Part shown: positions 58,247-64,000 of the stretch, piece after piece
Layout: each line of letters opens with the position of its first letter
Numbering within the stretch: the stretch's first letter is position 1
Assembly: GCA_031414955.1 (NCBI GenBank)
Contig: JANOQV010000105.1
Location: 1 to 64,000, forward strand
From: Pedosphaera sp.
GTDB lineage: Bacteria; Verrucomicrobiota; Verrucomicrobiia; Limisphaerales; SIBH01
Reading direction: 5' to 3'
DNA length: 64,000 nucleotides
Translations under genes and position numbers: made by a program
Notes under the pieces: generated by a model
The model's database searches: none
What the model was told of the DNA's origin: nothing
Seen by the model: only the letters and a program-made list of their open reading frames with translations

Positions 58247-58815
58247 AACTGCCCATCCACAAATTTGGCGATCCGATCCTCCGGCGCAAAGGCGCGCGGA
58301 TCGAGAAGATCACTCCCGAGATCCAGAAGTTCGTCGCCGACATGTTCGACACCATGTACGACGCGCGCGGCGTGGGCCTGGCTGCGCAGCAGGTCGGCCA
58401 GGCTTTGCAAGTCACGGTCATCGACGTGCGGGGCATCAAGGATCGTCCCTCGACCATGCACATCGCTGGCCAACCGGTTGATCTCGAAGCCCACATGCCT
58501 TTGGTCCTGATCAATCCCGAGTTGAAGCCCGGCCCGGACACTGTCAAAGGCCCGGAAGGCTGTCTCAGCTTCCCGGAAGTTTTTGCCGACGTCATCCGAC
58601 CCGCCGAAGTGGACGTGACGGCGATGAACAACCAAGGCGAGACGTATTCCTTCCGGGCCGGCGGACTGCTGGCCAAGGCCGTCCAACACGAGTTCGATCA
58701 CTTGCAGGGAATTCTCTTCATCGACCGCATGACCACCGAGGACAAAGCCGACGTGCGGGCCGAGATCGACCTGCTGGCGGAGGAGACCAAGGCGGAGTTG
58801 AAGAAGAAGCGGTGA
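58243..58815 (+). CDS. def: Peptide deformylase
   Basis: GVGLAAQQVG, EGCLSFP, QHEFDHLQG. Confidence 0.97.
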   Translation: MKLPIHKFGDPILRRKGARIEKITPEIQKFVADMFDTMYDARGVGLAAQQVGQALQVTVIDVRGIKDRPSTMHIAGQPVDLEAHMPLVLINPELKPGPDTVKGPEGCLSFPEVFADVIRPAEVDVTAMNNQGETYSFRAGGLLAKAVQHEFDHLQGILFIDRMTTEDKADVRAEIDLLAEETKAELKKKR

Positions 58816-58859
58816 AGTGAAAATCCTGCGTCTGGTCGAGGCCCGAAGCACCCTTGCGC

Positions 58860-59606
58860 TTATCGGGCCGGAGCCGGAACCGGAGATCCGGCCTCAGCGC
58901 GCGGGCGCTTGGCCTTCTTCGACGCCTTGAAAATGTCGCCGAGGGCAGGAAACAGATTTTCGCGCACCACCTCGTTCGTGGACAGCACGGGCAGCAGCGC
59001 CCACATCAACTTGCCCGTGATGTCGTCTTGCGTTTTCAAGTTCTGCATCACGGCGTCCTTCAGGCCGATGTTGAGCACCTGATTCTTCCGGGCGTCTGCG
59101 AGGTCGGTAAACCTGAGCCGGTCGATGGTGAGATACAGAGTGTCGATGCCGTCGAAATTGTCCCCGGCGCTGGGGTCCTTCTCCTTGTTCCGGCGTTTGC
59201 GCTCCTGGGCGTGCTTATCCAGCAAGTCGAGATTGGAAACACCGTTCTTGTCCTTCACGAGGTGAAGTTCGGCCAGATGCACTCGCAGGGTCTTGAGCCG
59301 GATTTTCCCTTGGCCCGCCGCGTCGATGTCGTACTCCATGCGCATCTCGGGCAGATCGAGCAGGCTGCCGCCGCCGAAGCCAGCCGGGTTGTAAATCTTC
59401 AAGCCCTGCATGTTCATCGTGGGGGTGGCCAGGCCCAGTTCCATTCTCGTGATCTGCGCGTCCATGCCGGTGCCGTCGCGCAGGTTCCGTTCCGTGAGGG
59501 TTTTGGCCAGCACGTCCTTGAGCAGCACCAACGCCACCACCAGCAGCACGCCGCTAAAAATCAGCGTGACGGTGGCGCGGATGATCCAGCGTAGAATCGT
59601 TCTCAT
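58860..59606 (-). CDS. AsmA-like membrane-anchored protein
   Basis: N-terminal TM; GL.IYNP.GF, L...G.SNL motifs. Confidence 0.65.
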   Translation of the reverse strand: MRTILRWIIRATVTLIFSGVLLVVALVLLKDVLAKTLTERNLRDGTGMDAQITRMELGLATPTMNMQGLKIYNPAGFGGGSLLDLPEMRMEYDIDAAGQGKIRLKTLRVHLAELHLVKDKNGVSNLDLLDKHAQERKRRNKEKDPSAGDNFDGIDTLYLTIDRLRFTDLADARKNQVLNIGLKDAVMQNLKTQDDITGKLMWALLPVLSTNEVVRENLFPALGDIFKASKKAKRPRAEAGSPVPAPAR

Positions 59607-59706
59607 GTAACTTGGTCCACAATCCTGACCGATGGCCGTCCCGAGGCCGATGGCCCCGGCCCCGAAGTCCAGGACACCAACGGTTGGTCGCATCTCCTTG
59701 TCACCT

Positions 59707-60315
59707 TCAGAGCGGAATGTCCTCCGGCCGAACTTCCAGGCACTCATCCTGATCCTCCCAAATCACGGCCGCGTAACTCTCCAGCAACCTGGGCGCAAGC
59801 GTTTGCCCAGCGGTGGCCAGCAGACGCTCCGCCGTCTGCGCGGCCTCCTCCAGTTTGTCCTGATAACCGCCGCCTCGCTTCTGCTTCTCCTTCTCCCAAT
59901 GCGCCACGCCGTGGACCGGCGCGTAGTCGTCAGCCCATTGGGCCAGCTCAGTTTGGAGCGCGGACGGAATGTCTTCAAACGCCACGGCCGTGCCGCCGCA
60001 ATGCGTGCAGCCCAGGCCCGACTCCTTCACATCGCGCGTCAGCAACGGCACCAGCGGCGCGCGGCAACACTCCGCTTCGAGATAAGCGGCCGGCAGGGTG
60101 GCCAACCGTCGCAATGAGAGTCCCCGGTCATGCGCCGTTTGCGCCGCGAGCCGGTAGGCACCGAGCAACGGGTGCGAGAGACGCCAGGTCCGGCCTTCCA
60201 ACTGGCCGAGCGTCTGCGCCATCCACCGCGCCAGCTTCAAGTCGTCGAACTCTTTGAAGACGTTCGCGTACTCCTGCCAAAGTTTGTCGAGAGGTGATTC
60301 CGGATTGCCCGCCAT
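59707..60315 (-). CDS. Hypothetical protein with possible Zn site
   Basis: CC..P and C.HC motifs; coding-like composition. Confidence 0.7.
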   Translation of the reverse strand: MAGNPESPLDKLWQEYANVFKEFDDLKLARWMAQTLGQLEGRTWRLSHPLLGAYRLAAQTAHDRGLSLRRLATLPAAYLEAECCRAPLVPLLTRDVKESGLGCTHCGGTAVAFEDIPSALQTELAQWADDYAPVHGVAHWEKEKQKRGGGYQDKLEEAAQTAERLLATAGQTLAPRLLESYAAVIWEDQDECLEVRPEDIPL

Positions 60316-60557
60316 TGGCGCGGACGTTCCGGGTTCACCGGGCAAAGTTCAAGGGTGAAGGCGCGAGGAGAATGACTGCGCGTGCTGTTCGGCCCGGTGG
60401 CCGGTTAGCCAGCGGGGCGGGGCGCACTGGTGGCGATGAGACAATTTCCACCTTGCCGGCACGGGTCGTTGAGACTTTCCAGATGCACCGACTTTGACGA
60501 TCTCGGCAACTCTCAACTTCCAACCTTGAACCTCCTCTGCTACCAACGGCGCGCTCA

Positions 60558-61631
60558 ATGCGCAGTGAATTGAACAACGCCCAACGAATCGTCGTGAAGC
60601 TCGGCACGGCCGTGCTCACGGACCAACACAAGCAGCCCGACCTCGCCCAAATGGGGCAGCTCGTGGCGCAAATGTCTCAACTCCGCAAAGACGGGAAGGA
60701 AGTCGTCATCGTCACCTCCGGCGCGGTCGGCGCAGGCATGGGCGTGCTCGGATACGAGGACCGGCCCAGCTCGGTCGCGGAACAGCAGGCCTGCGCGGCC
60801 GTCGGCCAGTCGCGGCTCATGGCGACTTACGAGAAGCTCTTTGCCCACTACGGTTTGCACGTCGGGCAAGTGTTGGTCACGCACGCGGACTTGCAGGACG
60901 AGCAACGCCATCGCAACGCGCGCAACACTCTCACCACCCTGCTCCGCCGCGGCGTCATCCCCGTCATCAACGAGAACGACGCCGTCTCCACCACCGAGCT
61001 GAAGTTCGGCGACAACGACAAGCTCTCCGCGCTCATCGCCGCGCTGCTGCCGGCGGATCTGCTGGTGATTCTCACCAGCGTGGACGGGGTGATTGAACAC
61101 TTTGGCAAGGCGAACGCGCGGCGGCTGTCCGTGATCGAGTCCATCGACGGACAGATCGAATCGATAGCCGGCGGAACAACGAGCGCGACGGCGGTGGGCG
61201 GGATGAAGTCGAAAATTCAAGCGGCGAAGATTGTCGTCCGCAGCGGCATCCCGCTGATCATCGCACCGGGACGTGGCAAGAAAGTGCTCGCCGAAATCAT
61301 GGCAGGCGAAGATGTCGGCACACTGTTCCAACCGCAGCCTGGCAAACTGCGCGGACGCAAGCGCTGGATCGCATTTTTTCATCATCCGCAGGGCGCAGTC
61401 ATCGTGGACGCAGGCGCGCGACGCGCGCTCGTCGAGAACGGCCGCAGCCTGCTGCCGCCCGGCGTGACCCGCTGTGAAGGCACGTTCGCCGCCGGCGACA
61501 TCGTGAGCATCTGCGACGGCGACGGCCTGGAGTTTGCGCGCGGCATCGCACGCTGCGGCGCGGCGGAGATCAGCGAGCGCAAGGCGGCGCGCGGTGAAGT
61601 CGTGCATCGGGATGACTTGGTAATTCTGTGA
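60558..61631 (+). CDS. proB: Glutamate 5-kinase
   Basis: RIVVKLGT, TSGAV, AAVGQ, INEND, FGDND.LSA; C-terminal PUA domain. Confidence 0.97.
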   Translation: MRSELNNAQRIVVKLGTAVLTDQHKQPDLAQMGQLVAQMSQLRKDGKEVVIVTSGAVGAGMGVLGYEDRPSSVAEQQACAAVGQSRLMATYEKLFAHYGLHVGQVLVTHADLQDEQRHRNARNTLTTLLRRGVIPVINENDAVSTTELKFGDNDKLSALIAALLPADLLVILTSVDGVIEHFGKANARRLSVIESIDGQIESIAGGTTSATAVGGMKSKIQAAKIVVRSGIPLIIAPGRGKKVLAEIMAGEDVGTLFQPQPGKLRGRKRWIAFFHHPQGAVIVDAGARRALVENGRSLLPPGVTRCEGTFAAGDIVSICDGDGLEFARGIARCGAAEISERKAARGEVVHRDDLVIL

Positions 61632-62284
61632 AAAGGAAATCCCCCGCCATCAACGACCTGCTCGCCGTCATGGCAAAACTCCGCTCGCCCAAGGGCTGCC
61701 CGTGGGACCGCGAGCAGGATCACATGACCCTGCGCTTTCACGCGGTCGAGGAAGTCTATGAACTGATGGACGCCATCGAAGCCGGCGACGATCACGAGAT
61801 GGCGGAGGAACTGGGCGACCTCTTGCTGCAAGTCGTCTTTCATTGCCAGCTCGCGCGCGAGCGCGGCGCGTTCGACTTCGAAAAGGTGGCGCGCATCATC
61901 ACGGACAAGCTCATCCGCCGCCACCCGCACGTCTTCGGCGACGTGAAGGTGAAGAACGTCGCCCAGGTCTGGGCCAACTGGGAGCAGATCAAGCGGGCCG
62001 AGAAGAAGGGCACGAAACATGACCGGCCCTCGGCCTTCGACGGCATCCCGAAACACCTCCCCGCCCTGCTCCGCGCCGAGAAACTGGTGAAGAAGGCGCG
62101 CAAGGCGAAGGTGTTTGGTGAATTGAAGGGCGGACCGAAGTTCTCACGTCAGGATGTCAGTCGCGCGCTCTTTGCCGCGGTGGAAATGGCCCAGCAACGC
62201 GGCTGGTCCGCCGAGGAATTGCTGCGCGCAGAAACCAAGCGATGGGAGCGCGTGTGGCGCAAGATGGAGGCGAAGAAACCTTAG
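61628..62284 (+). CDS. mazG: MazG nucleoside triphosphate pyrophosphohydrolase (short form)
   Basis: GCPWDREQ, EEVYE, EELGDLLLQVVFH, KLIRRHPHVF; second domain degenerate. Confidence 0.9.
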   Translation: MKRKSPAINDLLAVMAKLRSPKGCPWDREQDHMTLRFHAVEEVYELMDAIEAGDDHEMAEELGDLLLQVVFHCQLARERGAFDFEKVARIITDKLIRRHPHVFGDVKVKNVAQVWANWEQIKRAEKKGTKHDRPSAFDGIPKHLPALLRAEKLVKKARKAKVFGELKGGPKFSRQDVSRALFAAVEMAQQRGWSAEELLRAETKRWERVWRKMEAKKP

Positions 62285-62290
62285 CGCCAA

Positions 62291-62480
62291 AGCCGCGGCA
62301 GCAAGTAGCCCACAGCGTGAACTGTGGGCCACGAGTCATCAAAGATTTCAGCCCCGGCGGGGCGAAAGAACTTTGGCCCGATGGGAGTCTCTATCTTGCG
62401 CCCCGCTGGGTCTTGAGCCTTCTCGTGCGCTGATCCCACGGCTGACGCCGTGGGCTACTCTCCAACGCCGCTCTGCGGCT
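62291..62480. repeat. REPIN-like nested inverted repeat with GTAG-REP ends
   Basis: agtag-cccacag-cgtgaa-ctgtggg (62304-62328) inverted to cccacgg-ctgacg-ccgtggg-ctact (62435-62459); inner IR 62350-62413. Confidence 0.7.
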
Positions 62481-62521
62481 CCAGTGTCGAGTCCACGCGC
62501 AACTGCACCCGTCTTGTCCTG

Positions 62522-63397
62522 CTAAAACTTCACACCTTCGAGATACTTCAAACTGCCCGGCATGTGCCGCGCGGCCTCATCCGCCTCGTCTTCGATGAAG
62601 TACCATTTCACATCCGCCTTTTTCGCCGCCGCGAGAATGGCCGGCCAGTCCATGACGCCGGTGCCGAGTTCCACGTCGTTGTTCACATCGGACTTGCCGG
62701 TGAGGTCGCCCTTGGTGCCGATCTTCATATCCTTGACGTGCATCAGCTCGAAACGGCTGCCGTACTTGTTGAGCAGCTTGACCGGGTCCTGGCCGGGATG
62801 GACGACCCAGAAGACATCCATCTCGTAGCTCACCAGCTTGGGATCGGTCTCAGCCATGATGAGGTCGAAGAGCGTGCCGTTGCCGTGCGGACGGAACTCA
62901 TAGCCGTGCGTGTGGTAGAAGAATTTGATGCCGTGCTCGGCCAGCGCCTTGCCGGCTGCGTTGAACACCGCCGCTGCGTCGCGCGCTTCCTTCTCATCGA
63001 AGTCACCCTGGTGCGGAATCCACGCGCAGCCGGCGAACTTCAAGCCCAGTTCCTCGGCCAGATGCGCCACGCCGTGGGCGTTGGTGCGATACATGTCGTA
63101 GGAAAAATGGCCGCTGACCGCATTCAACCCGTTGGACTTGAGCAGGGCGAGGAAAGGCTCCGGCTTCATGTCGTAAGTGCCGGCGAGTTCCACGTCCTTG
63201 AAGCCGAAGGTCGCAACCCGGGCCATCGTGCCCGGCACGTCCTTCTTGAAATCCGCGCGCAAGCTGTAGAGTTGGAGGCCAATCGGCCCCTTGAAACTCG
63301 CGCCGGTCCCGGCAGTGGGAGCGCTGGCGCAGCCGGAGAACAGCAGCGCGGCCAGGACGGTTGAACCTACAACGGCGAACAAGGTGAAGTGCTTCAT
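62522..63397 (-). CDS. Sugar phosphate isomerase/epimerase family lipoprotein
   Basis: Lipobox [38 protein letters not shown]. Confidence 0.9.
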   Translation of the reverse strand: MKHFTLFAVVGSTVLAALLFSGCASAPTAGTGASFKGPIGLQLYSLRADFKKDVPGTMARVATFGFKDVELAGTYDMKPEPFLALLKSNGLNAVSGHFSYDMYRTNAHGVAHLAEELGLKFAGCAWIPHQGDFDEKEARDAAAVFNAAGKALAEHGIKFFYHTHGYEFRPHGNGTLFDLIMAETDPKLVSYEMDVFWVVHPGQDPVKLLNKYGSRFELMHVKDMKIGTKGDLTGKSDVNNDVELGTGVMDWPAILAAAKKADVKWYFIEDEADEAARHMPGSLKYLEGVKF

Positions 63398-63494
63398 GCG
63401 CGGATTAAGCCGAAGCGGCGCACGGCCCGCAAGTGGAGTTTGGTGTTGGCCCCGCCCCGGCGCATCCCTACGCTCGCGCCGAATTCCAAAAGGC

Positions 63495-64000
63495 ATGAAC
63501 GACGCAAACACGACCGCCGCGGTTTCCTCCGATGCGCCCGCGCGCGAAGCGGAGACGCTCCGCGAGATCTCGCCCCAGCAATGGAAGTCCGGCACCGCCG
63601 CGTGGCTGGGCTGGCTCTTCGACGGGCTGGACATGCACATCTACACGCTGGTGGCGACGGCGTTCGTCGCGATTCTTCTGAACGGCGACAGCTTCCGTTC
63701 GGAGTTCTCCAAGCTCGACGCGGATGGCAACAGCCAGATCACGATGCTCGAATGGGCCGGCGCAGAACAGTTCGCTCAAGCGGATCGAGATGGGAGTGGA
63801 ACCGTCTCGCGCGAAGAGCATGAAGTTTTCGCCGCGCGCAGCCACACCGGCGATCAGGCGACGAAGGAGAAAAGCTCGTGGATTCAGGCGGCGTTCCTCG
63901 TCGGCTGGGCGCTGGGCGGGGCGTTCTTCGGGCGCATTGGCGATTTGCTCGGACGCAGCCGCGCGCTCTGCCTCACGGTCCTGACTTATGCACTGTTTAC
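63495..64000 (+). CDS. MFS transporter, 3'-truncated by window edge; absent from ORF track
   Basis: Translated by hand: ...[16 protein letters not shown]...[25 protein letters not shown] (MFS motif A). Confidence 0.9.
   Translation, partial: MNDANTTAAVSSDAPAREAETLREISPQQWKSGTAAWLGWLFDGLDMHIYTLVATAFVAILLNGDSFRSEFSKLDADGNSQITMLEWAGAEQFAQADRDGSGTVSREEHEVFAARSHTGDQATKEKSSWIQAAFLVGWALGGAFFGRIGDLLGRSRALCLTVLTYALF

Overview
GC-rich bacterial chromosomal segment, most likely Verrucomicrobiota (Pedosphaerales/Limisphaerales-like; inferred from gene content, Ig/FYRL-type exoproteins and SD-poor starts). Housekeeping blocks: yajC-secDF, cysE, lpxK-waaF, a truncated S10 ribosomal operon (rpsJ-rplC-rplD-rplW, then a terminator), an Rrf2-controlled sulfate uptake operon (yezD-like, porin, sbp, frameshifted M14 peptidase, cysT/W/A), parB-pfkB-def and proB-mazG. 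Accessory content: Ser/Thr kinases, secreted repeat/Ig proteins, a five-haem cytochrome c, and a small methyltransferase / unknown gene / PD-(D/E)XK nuclease operon with a lower-GC insert. The best candidate for an undescribed system is the translationally coupled pair at 50873-53955. The first gene ends in a divergent MotA/TolQ/ExbB-type channel. The second begins with a MotB/ExbD-type Asp-bearing helix, followed by a long coiled coil and a degenerate trypsin-like domain. Together they suggest a non-canonical ion-driven envelope motor, followed by lipoprotein and coiled-coil genes. Several nested MITE/REP-like palindromic elements, two small unannotated genes, candidate RNA motifs and an MFS transporter with an EF-hand insertion were also seen. 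No rRNA, tRNA or CRISPR array was recognised. All family assignments come from motif recognition by eye, not database searches.
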